DNA of 64,000 nucleotides from Phoronis australis (taxonomy: Eukaryota > Animalia > Phoronida), in assembly GCA_002633005.1 (NCBI GenBank), contig NMRA01000154.1, forward strand, positions 623,250-687,249. The letters run 5' to 3'. This document shows positions 1 to 34,770 of this stretch, one piece after another. The notes below the pieces were generated by a model. It saw only the letters and a list, made by a program, of their open reading frames with translations. It made no database searches and was not told where the DNA came from. Positions within the stretch are counted from its first letter, which is position 1. Every line of letters starts with the position of its first letter. Position numbers and translations under genes: made by a program.

Positions 1-408
1 GCGCGCGTGTTTTGGGCAGTAAAAGTTTCCGCGTTTTTTGTCATTGGTCATTCCAAGCCCTGCTGAAGTTTGGATAGAATTGGCAAATAAATTCCTTTTT
101 ACTTGAGAACAAGCTCAGTGTATTAGCTTCTCACAGTATGATCACACGCTATATTCATCGGCCAGTTCTTCATTATCGACGAATCATTTCTCATCTGAGT
201 AAGGAACGAGTTGAAAGATGTTTCATAGCCATTAGTGGTATGAATTGAAATAATGATTTATTTGACAGAAGACAAATTCATTCCTTACTCTGGTAGGAAA
301 AACATATCTTGGTCCATTTTAATCCAACGATGCAAATTTTACTTTAAATTATCACGAAGAATAAATAAAGTGAAAGTAATTTATCAAATAAACACCGAAA
401 ATCAGGAA

Positions 409-480
409 GTCCAACTGGGAATCGAATCACAGGTCTCTAGATTGCCGGTCTAGTGCTCTTACCACTGAGCTACTGAGGAC
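409..480 (-). pseudogene. tRNA-like sequence (tRNA pseudogene or tRNA-derived SINE head)
   Basis: Reverse complement GTCCTCAGTAGCTCAGTGGTAAGAGCACTAGACCGGCAATCTAGAGACCTGTGATTCGATTCCCAGTTGGAC has an A-box/D-arm (TAGCTCAGTGGTAAGAGC), a 5-bp anticodon stem CTAGA/TCTAG around a 7-nt loop (GGC), and a B-box-like TTCGATTC. The acceptor and T stems are imperfect and U33 is absent. Confidence 0.55.
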
Positions 481-672
481 CCGATATCTGTGCAATTACT
501 GTTTAAAGCCAACTGTTATGTCATACATCGCATGAGCGGAGTTTCGCCTTTTTCACACGAGATTTGGAAAATTATGTAAATTAACAATTTACCACTATGC
601 ATGGATTAATATATGTATAAATAGCAGTTCACGTGAACGACCTATATTTGCCATGTCGCAATTTTGTTTCAG

Positions 673-825
673 ATGATTAAGAATAAAGTGTACCAAGAAT
701 ACCGAACCATCAAATCCGACTCCAAGTACGTGACTGAGAAGAAGAGATGCGACTATCTCCATCACAAGTTGTCTCACATCAAGAAGCTCGTTGTTGAGTA
801 TGATCAGATGCACAGTAACCTTTGA
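673..825 (+). CDS. ELL: Terminal coding exon of RNA polymerase II elongation factor ELL (occludin/ELL C-terminal domain); rest of gene lies upstream of the window
   Basis: Acceptor ttttgtttcag at 662-672, then MIKNKVYQEYRTIKSDSKYVTEKKRCDYLHHKLSHIKKLVVEYDQMHSNL*, matching the ELL C-terminal pattern QEY..IK...Y..EK.RC.YLH.KL.HIK.L..EYD. AATAAA at 944-949. Confidence 0.85.
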   Translation: MIKNKVYQEYRTIKSDSKYVTEKKRCDYLHHKLSHIKKLVVEYDQMHSNL

Positions 826-3025
826 CCTATGCCGTCGGCATTCCAGCCATGCACGCGCCCGAGTATGATGCAATGTATCCCATGATGCAATGTTGGCATT
901 CCTGCTAATGTGAAGTTGTTTGTTGTATTTTGAGAAAGTATTTAATAAATTTCACAAAATGAATTTTATGGGCTGTGTATTTTTTAATTATTGATCGTTA
1001 ACTATGACTTTGGGTTAAAAAATGATTGAAAATATGAAAAATGGTCATGTTGTGGCCACGTTTTCTCAATTTTTAAATTAAAGTTTTGCCCCGTTTACAT
1101 GCAGCTCTTTTATGCCCATATGGAAATACACACCATATGAAAGCTATTGTCCAGGTGTTAAATTTTCATCCCGTTCATGGGGAAAAGAAAAGCAATATTT
1201 GCGTTCAGCGCAACTTACTGACGATTTATATAGAACTTGTGGGTGACTGAAACCGCACAATATTGTGATCAGGATTACAAGACCCATCTTATGGGAATAA
1301 AATAACATATTTTACATTTTTTTAGCCAGATAAATGGGGTGAAATTCAACCATTGAATAAAAATAAACTAAATGCAACTCACATTCCCACAGAGCAGATG
1401 TGAGGAAATTGGGAATTAAAACGGAAAGCATGCATTCACTGTTTGAGTAGTTAAGAGATCTTATGAAGACAGGCAGACATTTTATCACAACACTTAGATT
1501 TTTGATTTCACAACAGACTTATGACGTTTCTTACAACCAAAGTACACTGCAACCAAACTGCTTTATATGCAGTTAGATGGTGTGCGGACAGAGGACAAAC
1601 AAACTAGGGCTGCATTCCATTGACACAGCATTGGCGTATCCAGAGGGAGGTCTGGACCCCTTTTTCCTTGGTTTAACCAATATCAAAAATAGAATTTTCA
1701 AATTGTTGACACGGGCTAATTTTTTAAAAAAAATCATTGATCCTAACCCCTTTTAAAAAATCATGGATTCACCCCTGCACAAGACAAATATCTTTGTGAG
1801 ATATCGCCATTCATCAGAGCATTTAACAGAGAATTTTCTCTTTAGCCGTTTCGATTTCTTCTTCATTTAATTTCCAGCTATCTCTTATTTCGTCTTATCA
1901 TTTTGACTTCAGTTATGCAAAAGCGTTCATTTCATTTAAATTTTATTACACAAAAGGAGTATTTCCATCACACAGGCCTGTGTGTGGAACGATACATCAC
2001 CTGAAAAATATTGCTCTTTTTTTGTCATTGTTAATTCCAAGCCCCGGTGCATTGAAGCCAAGTGTGCAAGCACATTAGCTGTACTTGCCAGTGTCTTGCA
2101 CAGCAGCCCCGACATGTGACAAGCTTCCATTGTATCCAAAATGATCAGTAGAGAAATGCAAGACTTTGCTGGAGACAAACAATTTATTACATTCTTGATA
2201 AAACTGCACCCGAATGATTTGTGTTTAAGTCGGACTACCTCTAACGATTGCGTAACAAGATTTTTATTAAAGCCTATCTTCAACGGTAACACATGTAAAT
2301 TTGGTTCCTACAGTATGTTAAGAGTATCGCTCTGAGCCCACTAGTGCCATAAATTGCCAAATGTAACAAACAGTTAAGCGTATTGGCTTGCTGTTGTCTA
2401 CGTCATCGCCAGAATCACCTTTTAATTCAAACAGCTGCAAACAACACCGGCACAGAATGATGTTCAATTCAGACACCTATTCAATACAACTATAATCGGC
2501 CTTTTGTTGTTTGCGCTGAAATCTCACGGTAAGGCAACATGGCATGAAAAGGCAGCTTCACCCATTATTATTTGACGATCTTACATTTGCGTGATTTAAC
2601 TCGCGTTTTATTTTACTAAGGCTTTGTTAGGACCTTCTGGTTAGCCCAATACATATAGGCTTTAATCATACCCAAGTAAATCCAAGTGTCCTGGAGGTTA
2701 ATCACAAACTCTTAACATTATCCTGTAGGTAATGAAAATTAACTACTAGTCTCTATCAAAAATTGAGTATCAAAGAAGTGTCAAAAGGCTGTGGGGGTTA
2801 CAATCTTAAAAAATAACAAACCAGGTTTTGAGGTCATTTGTACAACCAAAGAACAACTGAGAACGACCAATCTGTTTCATTACACCTGGGACTAACACTG
2901 ATAGACAAAACCAAAAGAATACATTCAATAAAACTGTAAAATTGCAATCACACGGGAAGGATTTAAAACATTTCAAAACTTAATAAAATATATATCAAAA
3001 AACATACAACAAAAGTTTGCATTGT

Positions 3026-4999
3026 TTACAGCTGAACTCTTTCAAAGTAAGGTATTTTATCTAGAGAAGCCTTGAAATCTCGTAGAGTTTTGGGTCCTGT
3101 GAACTGTTTGCCTGAATCCACATGTTTCCACACTCCGAACGGCAGGTTAATATAACGGGAGACCGATGACTTTTCCACAACTGGCGCTACAAGTAAATCA
3201 TCGCCAATTAAAAACTGGTCATCAACTTTGAGCATAGTAAACTCGAAGGGGTCGACCCACCACATGGGTCGAATGATGGGATTTTGATCGCCAGCAAGCC
3301 TAGTTATCTTAGGATAGACGTAATCTCTGTGTAATGCTGTGTAAGTTTTGGCAAGTTGTACTACCTCTGAGTCGTATTTCCACGGTGGGACAGAGAATTG
3401 CATGATGGGAAGGAATGTAGCCAGCTGCAGCCAACGAATGAAAAGCTCTTTGTCTGGCAAACTGCCAGGAATGTCTGTATATCCGCCAATAACTCCTGGA
3501 TTGACATAACTATAACCATGAACTGATAATGTCAACACTGTGGGAATCAAGGCACGTAGCGCATTCCAACTACTTCGGTGGTCTTCTAAGCGTAGAAATG
3601 CTGGAATACCTTGTGTTTGTATGCCGACCTGGACCTGTGATTGGTTGAAATTAGTCGCCACACCAACAAAAAGCCTTGCATATCGATCGGGGTTGGTAAA
3701 CTCCTGTTGAAATGTCGGCCGATGAGGCAGCCACGAAGTCTGACCACCGTAAAACACAAACCTGTTTATGCCGTATTCATTTTGGACTTTTCTCAGCCTA
3801 CTGACGTACCAACTCACCGCCTCTGTATTGGTCACGTCTAGTGCAGTTCCCAGGCCAGACCACCATTTAGTCAAACCCGGCACGTCTGCACTGCCGTCTA
3901 AGACAAAGTAGTTTTTATTCACACCTTCCTGGAAGGCTTGTGCATCCACACTGACATACGGATGAACACCAAGGCTAAGATTGAATCCGTGCTGTGCAAG
4001 TCTTGCAGTCAGGTTGATCCCACTAGGGAACCTCAAAGGATTCACTTCAAAGTCTCCGCTACGAACATCCCACTGGCTTCGTAGACCAATGTCTAAAATT
4101 TGACCAGGCAAATCATACTTGCGTACATTTTCTGCGAAGGACAACAAATCTGTCTCATTCACACTATCCCCAGGAACAGTCCACGACGGTGATTCCATAG
4201 CGTCTAAGTTCGGCATAAGTCGCGGTTGAGGTGATCTGTCCGCAATGAAGAACTGAGTCATCGCCGTGGAATTGGGAGCACTACAGACACTGTAGTTGAG
4301 AGTGGGCTTTAATTCAAACTTATTCCTGTAGGGGGAATTGTAGTAATGGGAGTGGAGACACAGCCGCTGTACGGAGCTGTTGGTACTGATAAAAAGCGGG
4401 TTTTCAGTATTTGCGAATATTCCGACACCTCGCGATGAGACCCAGTGGCGTTCCATAACAGTTCCAAAGTCATCGTCATCCAAGTGGCTGCCTGTGACAT
4501 ATGGCATACTTTTATAATTTTCCACATCTAACGGCCATTTCTGATCAACAGTCAATGGGCCACCATACCAGTGCGATCCGCCAAAATCAAAGCAATCTAC
4601 AAGTTCAAGGTCATCTCTTTCTGCTGACCACTCAATATTGTAACACAGTACATCTCCATATTCAACATATCTAACCATAAGCAAGGCATCTGTGAACCAC
4701 TGCAGGCAGATCTCAGACTTGTCTCCCCTGGCACAGTCATGTGGCAGACTGCCTGCAGGAATCTTCTGTCCCAAACTTCCACTGAGCAGCGCTATGCCAT
4801 CTCTATTTACATTGACTATACGTTGTTTTTCTAAGAAACTCAACTTTCTGCCAAGGTCGACTTTGAGACCTTGAGCATTGTAGAAGTACCATATTAACGG
4901 GATGCTGACGACGATGATAACAAAGAGAATAATAACAAATATCTTGAATGCACAGTCCTTCTTGAAAAACTTGCCACAAACTGTCTTTATGTTTTTCTT
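3026..4999 (-). CDS. Large terminal coding exon of the MYORG-like GH31 gene
   Basis: Part of the 669-aa ORF; acceptor tttttattttcag precedes AAGAAAAAC at 4999. The first 12 ORF codons are probably intronic. Confidence 0.9.
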   Translation of the reverse strand, partial: KKNIKTVCGKFFKKDCAFKIFVIILFVIIVVSIPLIWYFYNAQGLKVDLGRKLSFLEKQRIVNVNRDGIALLSGSLGQKIPAGSLPHDCARGDKSEICLQWFTDALLMVRYVEYGDVLCYNIEWSAERDDLELVDCFDFGGSHWYGGPLTVDQKWPLDVENYKSMPYVTGSHLDDDDFGTVMERHWVSSRGVGIFANTENPLFISTNSSVQRLCLHSHYYNSPYRNKFELKPTLNYSVCSAPNSTAMTQFFIADRSPQPRLMPNLDAMESPSWTVPGDSVNETDLLSFAENVRKYDLPGQILDIGLRSQWDVRSGDFEVNPLRFPSGINLTARLAQHGFNLSLGVHPYVSVDAQAFQEGVNKNYFVLDGSADVPGLTKWWSGLGTALDVTNTEAVSWYVSRLRKVQNEYGINRFVFYGGQTSWLPHRPTFQQEFTNPDRYARLFVGVATNFNQSQVQVGIQTQGIPAFLRLEDHRSSWNALRALIPTVLTLSVHGYSYVNPGVIGGYTDIPGSLPDKELFIRWLQLATFLPIMQFSVPPWKYDSEVVQLAKTYTALHRDYVYPKITRLAGDQNPIIRPMWWVDPFEFTMLKVDDQFLIGDDLLVAPVVEKSSVSRYINLPFGVWKHVDSGKQFTGPKTLRDFKASLDKIPYFERVQL

Positions 5000-7673
5000 C
5001 TGAAAATAAAAACAGAAATGTTTCTGATTAGTCATAATGTTGTCATAGTAACAGAGAAGTTATTTGAGTGGTAAGTCTGGGCAGGCGGCTTACTGTATGG
5101 TACAGCTCTGCTAAATGTTAACAGATACAACAACAGCTGTACTGCATGGTAATAGATACAAAATCAACTGTACTGCATGGTAACAGATACATCAAATGTA
5201 CTGCATGGTACAGTGTCAGCTATGCTGCATGTTAATAGATACAACAACAGCTGAGGACTACATGGCAATAGATACAACATCAGTTGTACTGCATGTCAAA
5301 AGATACAACATCAGTTGCACTGCATGGTAATGCAGTAGCAACTGTACAGCATGGTAAAAGACACAGTACCAGCATACCAGGTTCTTTCTTAGATTAAGCA
5401 TTAAATCAAACTGTGGTCACAATTTTAATGTTATGACGAAACTGCAATGTTACCTCGCTAGCATATACTTACCATGTCACGAATATTTATAGCATATGAA
5501 CAGGAAACCATTCAAGTTATCTGTTCATAATGCACCTGTAGTTGCAATAGTCTCCAATGTACAGTTATTTGTAGTTTTCAAAATAAACTAGATAGACTTT
5601 AGACAGAGCCTCATCAATCTTGGACAAACATCTACCCAGCATTCTTTCACACTTTAGTCTAACTTTTGTTGCATTATAAAATGGCGTTTTTGTCAAGCTT
5701 TAGTTGGAGTGGCGTTATCGTGCGTAGCTGTTAATTGTTCAGTTGTGAATGGGCTTGCACAGTAAGTAAAAATTTTCTTGAGATTTATCTAGAGTTGAAA
5801 TGGACTCTAGCAAAAAGGTTAATTATGGTTATTTATTCGCAGTTTTGCACATCAAAGCTTCATCAAATTTTAGCGTTGTTCAGTATATTTTGAAAACTAT
5901 TGCACACAGTCTATTCTTTAACCCTGACACAGTTATGATGTTTAAAAAAGGAGTTAAAATAATACTTATTTCCATAAAACCCTAAATGTGTTGCCTGCCC
6001 AGTGTGTCTTGGTAAATAACATCAAACCAATTTCTGAATTTTATCTCACATTCAAGGGCATGCTTTAAATAATTGATGTCATAAAGTCCATCCCCTTAAG
6101 TCAAGTAGGCCACAGTTCTGCCAAGTGTATGTCACTGAAGACTATGTTAACTTACCTCTTTCTTTGGAGCCTCCTTCACACCACCAAAGTGCACTTCACC
6201 TTTGTCACGGCCTACTGGCTTTGGACCATCAACAGTGTCATAACCGCTCTCAAGTGATTCCACTAAAAAGGTAAATCTAATTAAAATATATAACAATTAA
6301 AAGGATTTTACATTAGGCACCTAATTAAAAGTGCTTTACGAGGCGTCTGACTACAGCGTATTTGACTCTTAAGTAATCAGCAAAAAGCGATTCCTGCTTA
6401 ATATAAACAAAACTCAAACTTTGTTGGACAAAACAAGCTGTGTTCAATGAGGTAAAATATAATTTCTTATCAACCTTGCGGTATGAAATGTGGGCAGAAC
6501 ACAAGAAGAGACATGGTACCGGAATTTTCCATAGATAAGCCCACCTGATGAAACGCCCATGGGCATTTATTTGGAAAATTATGCCGAATACACACCTATG
6601 GGCGTTTATTTGGTGTTACATATTGTGGTGTTAAGTGTCCAGACAGTGGGGCGTTTATTTGGAAATTTCCTCTTCAAAGCTCACTTAGCGTCAACTTTTT
6701 GTCACAAATTCAGTTTTGTGGAGCATATTCCATTTATAAAAAACGAACAAGGTGTTGGCAAACTATGCATTTATTAACATAAAATTAAAAAACGCAGTGT
6801 TAAGTAAAAAAATGCCAAAGTCAGCAAGATTATGACTTTCCTTTTACACGCCCCCTCTTGAGCGTTTATTTGGTGTTGCTAGAAAGCCTGAAATTTTTCA
6901 TTTTCCGAATTCACGCCCTTAGGTTTATCTACGGAAATTCCTGGTAAGAACAAGCTTGAGAAGTTAATATGCCATTATTCAAGAATCAGTTTTAAAGACA
7001 GTCAACGATTTGTGATGAAATCCTTTACTGAGATGATTAAGAAAAGGACTTCTAAGATTTGATAACCAAGTGTAGAAACCAAGCCAAACTATTGTATGAA
7101 TGCACTGAAAAGTGTGCAAGTAAACCTTCTCACTTGCTCAGTACAACAATCATCATTTTGAAGTTCACACATTTTTGGTTATAGTGCCCTTACCATTCAA
7201 AGTAAGCAGGCAGTAGGAAATTGGACAGTTATAACGCTGCAGTGCCCTTACCATTCAGAGTAAACAGGCAGTAGGAAATTGGACAGTTATAACGCTGCAG
7301 TGCCCTTACGATTCAGAGTTACCAGGCAGTAGGAAATTGGACAGTTATAACGCTGCAGTGCCCTTACCATTCAGAGTAAGCAGGCAGAGGAAATTGGACA
7401 GTTATAACACTGCAGTGCCCTTACCATTCAGAGTTACCAGGCAGTAGGAAATTGCACAGTTATAACGCTGCAGTGCCCTTACCATTCAGAGTAAGCAGGC
7501 AGAGGAAATTGGACAGTTATAATGCTACACTGTCTTCATCAACTTATTCTCATACCTGAGCTGGAAATGCCGGAGCGTGGCTTCCACACATTGGACGTGA
7601 TAAGCTCAGAATTGTTGAGGGAGCTGATGGTTAAAAGGTTATCGAATGACTGCGACCTTCCAACATGTGCCAT
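3026..7673 (-). CDS. MYORG-like / SITS-binding-protein-like GH31 type II membrane protein, ~732 aa; coding exons 7673-7556, 6262-6156, 4999-3026
   Basis: Three phase-consistent GT-AG exons (118+107+1974 nt): MAHVGRSQSFDN..., VESLESGYDTVD..., KKNIKTVCG... One TM helix (IFVIILFVIIVVSIPLIWYFY) precedes a GH31 body with MYORG-type motifs HWYGG, VHPYV, WWSGLG..LD.TN, ELFIRWLQLATFLPIMQFSVPPW, PIIRPMWW, DQFLIGDDLLVAPV. Confidence 0.85.
5090..5360. repeat. Degenerate ~30-bp minisatellite in GH31 gene intron
   Basis: Recurring unit approx. TGTACTGCATGGTAACAGATACAACAACAGC, about 8-9 diverged copies. Confidence 0.8.
6156..6262 (-). CDS. Coding exon 2 of MYORG-like gene (cytoplasmic N-terminus)
   Basis: ctttttag|TG GAA TCA...AAA GAG|gtaag; open, phase 1 to 0, joins flanking exons in frame. 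Confidence 0.75.
6517..6946. mobile_element. Putative MITE with ~24-bp imperfect terminal inverted repeats
   Basis: TACCGGAATTTTCCATAGATAAG at left and TTTATCTACGGAAATTCCTGGTA at right; internal repeats of GGCGTTTATTTGG. Confidence 0.55.
7183..7528. repeat. 58-bp tandem repeat, 6 copies
   Basis: Unit AGTGCCCTTACCATTCAGAGTAAGCAGGCAGTAGGAAATTGGACAGTTATAACGCTGC starting at ~7183, 7241, 7299, 7357, 7414, 7472. Confidence 0.95.
7556..7673 (-). CDS. First coding exon of MYORG-like gene
   Basis: ATG at 7673 gives MAHVGRSQSFDNLLTISSLNNSELITSNVWKPRSGISSS, then G|gtatg donor (phase 1). An upstream acceptor (tttttgacag, ~7788) implies a further 5' UTR exon. Confidence 0.7.
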
Positions 7674-9159
7674 ATCTTGTCTACTTCAGGAGTTTCTTAA
7701 GATTTACACAGCAGGGCCAGTGACAACGGTACGGCAGGTAATAACTACACCAAGATTTGCCTGAGCGGAGAAACCAGCTGGAGATCCTGTCAAAAACAGA
7801 CATTTAAAATCATTAAAGTTAAGCCATGTAGCACCAAATGCTACATTTCCAAACTATGCAGACCAGGCTGTGCAGGACTGAATGTAAAAAATTGTCAATG
7901 AGTGGTGAATCCTGTATATAACACTGGTAAGTCATCAGAAATCTGATGCAAGAGTAAATAGTTGTCTGACACCCGTGAAAAAATGAAGTACATTACCAAT
8001 TGAATCTGTGTTCAAGGACAACAATATCAGAATTACATGGGCAGCGCACCATAGGGGGTTGGGGGGAAGGCTATAGCCCCACTTTTTCAGGGTTACGCTG
8101 CCCATGGTTTGTGGGCAGTGCACTACAGGGGCCCTGGGGGCTTTAGCCTCCCACTTTTTCAGAGCTGAGCTGCCCAGGAGTTAATGGCACAGTAGCATAA
8201 AATGCAATTTAAAGATCCTGTCTTGGGCCAATTGTTGTAAGCCTCATTCGACTAAGCCACATATAAATGCAAAAATAGTGAAAATGGCTGCCACAGTGCC
8301 ATCTTGCTTTTGGTTTTAAGCAAAAACAAAACAGGGTAGAGTTCAGTAACGCTAGGACCTAAGCTAGAACCTAGCTAAAATCNGTTGAGGGAGCTGATGG
8401 TTAAAAGGTTATCGAATGACTGCGACCTTCCAACATGTGCCATATCTTGTCTACTTCAGGAGTTTCTTAAGATTTACACAGCAGGGCCAGTGACAATGGT
8501 ACGGCAGGTAATATAACTACACGAAGATTTGCCTGAGCGGAGAAACCAGCTGGAGATCCTGTCAAAAACAGACATTTAAAATCATTAAAGTTAAGCCACG
8601 TAGCACCAAATGCGACATTTCCAAACTATGCAGACCACGTTTTGCAGGACTGAATGTAAGAAATTGTCAATGAGTGGTGAATCCTGTATATAACACTGGT
8701 AAGTCATCAGAAATCTGATGCAAGAGTAAATAGTTGTCTGACACCCGTGAAAAAATGAAGTACATTTATTTACTAATTGAATCTGTGTTCAAGGACAACA
8801 ATATCAGAATTACATGGGCAGCGCACCATAGGGGGTTGGGGGGAAGGCTATAGCCCCACTTTTTCAGGGTTACGCTGCCCATGGTCTATGGGCAGTGCAC
8901 TACAGGGGCCCTGGGGGCTTTAGCCTCCCACTTTTTCAGAGCTGAGCTGCCCAGGAGTTAATGGCACAGTAGCATAAAATGCAATTTAAAGATCCTGTCT
9001 TGGGCCAATTGTTGTAAGCCTCATTCGACTAAGCCACATATAAATGCAAAAATAGTGAAAATGGCTGCCACAGTGCCATCTTGCTTTTGGTTTTAAGCAA
9101 AAACAAAACAGGGTAGAGTTCAGTAACGCTAGGACCTAAGCTAGAACCTAGCTAAAATC
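7614..9159. repeat. Near-identical ~770-bp direct duplication (7614-8382 and 8384-9159) around a single N; probable uncollapsed haplotype overlap
   Basis: The copies differ by scattered SNPs and small indels and meet exactly at the N at 8383. Confidence 0.85.
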
Positions 9160-9260
9160 TACCCAAATCACATGTTCTCATTTAAAATACACAGCAATAT
9201 CTCACGTAATCTCGGAAATCTAGCTTTTTAGTGAGGTCCTAGAGTTACTGAAGTCTACCC
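9111..9260. mobile_element. ~150-bp MITE; related copies at ~49183-49321 and ~50903-51480
   Basis: TIRs GGGTAGAGTTCAGTAACGCTAGGACCT / AGGTCCTAGAGTTACTGAAGTCTACCC; shared core TTCTCATTTAAAATACACRGYAATATCTCRCGT. Confidence 0.65.
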
Positions 9261-9444
9261 ACGCTTCTGAGCCATTCACATTCAGAGATATAAGATACAT
9301 TTTTTGTGTAAACAGGTAATTTTACATTGAACTTAATAGCCAAGATTACGAGTGACCCCCATAAAACCGGCCGTCGAGCTTGCTAACCATTCAGCTAATA
9401 GGTAATAGCTTCTTTAGCCAGTGACCACTGACCACTGACCACAG

Positions 9445-9975
9445 AGATGCTGAAGCTCCTATAGGAGCTTTTCGGAAGCTTTTCGGCAAATTATACCTCA
9501 CACCGACTAAAAAATCAAAGTCACATTGTTACAAGTACCCTTTGCACATAGAAGGACACCTTAGGAGGCCGTCGATGTATTTAATTCCTCATACACAAAG
9601 AAATACTACCATTATCAAACTTTTTCTTCCAGCAGTTTCTCATTCAATTCCCAAAATGAAAAACTTGCCATTTTGAACACTATGCGCAACAGGTGGTATG
9701 ACGCCATATCCCCTAGCGTGCCCAGCTGTAAAAATGACCGGTTACTGATTTTGGGAACTGAGCGAGGGACTGCTCAAAGAAAAAGTTTGATAACGTGAGT
9801 ATTTTTTCAAGTTGGAAGGAATCAAAGACATGACTGATGACTTCTAAAGTGTCCCTCTATGTGCAATTTGTATCAGTAACAACGTGACTTAGATGTTTTA
9901 GTCAGTGTGAGACATGATTCGCCGAAAAGCTTCCGGCTAGTATGAAGCTCCTACAGGAGCTACACCATGATCTCT
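9445..9975. mobile_element. Foldback-type element with long (~190 bp) imperfect inverted arms
   Basis: 9445-9640 (AGCTCCTATAGGAGCT...GGAAGCTTTTCGGC...TGCACATAGA...TTATCAAACTTTTTCTT) is mirrored at 9765-9975 (AAGAAAAAGTTTGATAA...CTATGTGCA...GCCGAAAAGCTTCC...AGCTCCTACAGGAGCT). Confidence 0.7.
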
Positions 9976-11046
9976 ACTGACCTGGTAGAGACATTAGTCA
10001 TTGTCTATTGGCTATTGCCCCTAACTTAAGCACGTAGCTTTAACAGAGTAATACCCTCCGACACAGTGCCACCTGTGCTGAAAAGTGTCCCTGTGGAAAC
10101 ATGATGAACGACACTCGGAATTCCGTGTGTGAGCATCAATGCGCATGCTTGGTCGGAAGTGCACCGATCACATCACCACCACTTGCACACGCCTTCTATA
10201 AACTGTACTTATTTGGGCTTAAGCCACTGGATCGGGATTTCCTTGATTGTGTTTACTTTGATCGCTGCCCGTTTTAACAAAGTGCAACTATTCAAATCAA
10301 AGTTCTTCGACATACCACAGGCATCCTCAGCTTTTTGATAAATGATAGTGTATTGGGGACGACAGAGAATCTGAGGACGCCTGTGCGACATACTCGTAAC
10401 AGTAAACTGAAGGGGGTTTCCCAGATTTCAACAAATGGGAATGACTGAGTGTTATGACGTTGGTTTCATTACTTTAACCAATGAGAAGCCATATTAAAAA
10501 ACATTCCACAGTGCTCCATTTCGTAACACTATCATCTATGACTGACTATGTCTTTGAAATAGTGTCACTGTCACTGTTTGTCTAGTAAACTAGTGACAGT
10601 GTAACAGACTATAACACATAACAGAGTAACAGAGGCTTATATGATTCACTGGAAGCACATCTTGAATATGAAATGCGTGGAACTTGTAACGTGCTAACAA
10701 AGAAAAAAAAACTACCAGAAAGCAAATTTGATGAGAAAAGCAACAGACTTGGAGAATTATCATTTCAGCAAGCAAAAACCGTAGACCGTCACGGATTTGA
10801 GAGATTTTCTGTACTCACAAAACCCACTTCCTCGTCCTGCGACACCTATTATCAGAAAGAAGTCTTTAGTTCTTTTGTTCAAATCCTCAAAAATAGAAGA
10901 GCAATGAAGAAACTTGACTTATTTTCTTGTGCAAAACAATTTTTCAAAATAGAAATTATTTTTTCAAAAATAGAAAGTTGTGTAAGCTCTCGTGAGTCTC
11001 CGGATTTCTCCGTATGCTAATTAGGTGTCTGCAGCGTGGTGAAAAA

Positions 11047-34770
<23,724 letters not shown>

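Noticed and set aside
595-873. 92-aa minus-strand ORF
   Set aside because: Antisense shadow of the ELL terminal exon.
1936-2335. 118-aa and 64-aa ORFs between ELL and the GH31 gene
   Set aside because: No recognisable motifs or convincing splice context; probably 3' UTR or intergenic chance ORFs.
5000-5035. ORF-track start MTNQKHFCFYFQ for the GH31 gene
   Set aside because: Overlaps a polypyrimidine tract and acceptor; upstream exons splice in frame at 4999.
7183-7528. Regular repeats resembling a CRISPR array
   Set aside because: Units are contiguous with no unique spacers, there are no cas genes, and the context is a eukaryotic intron.
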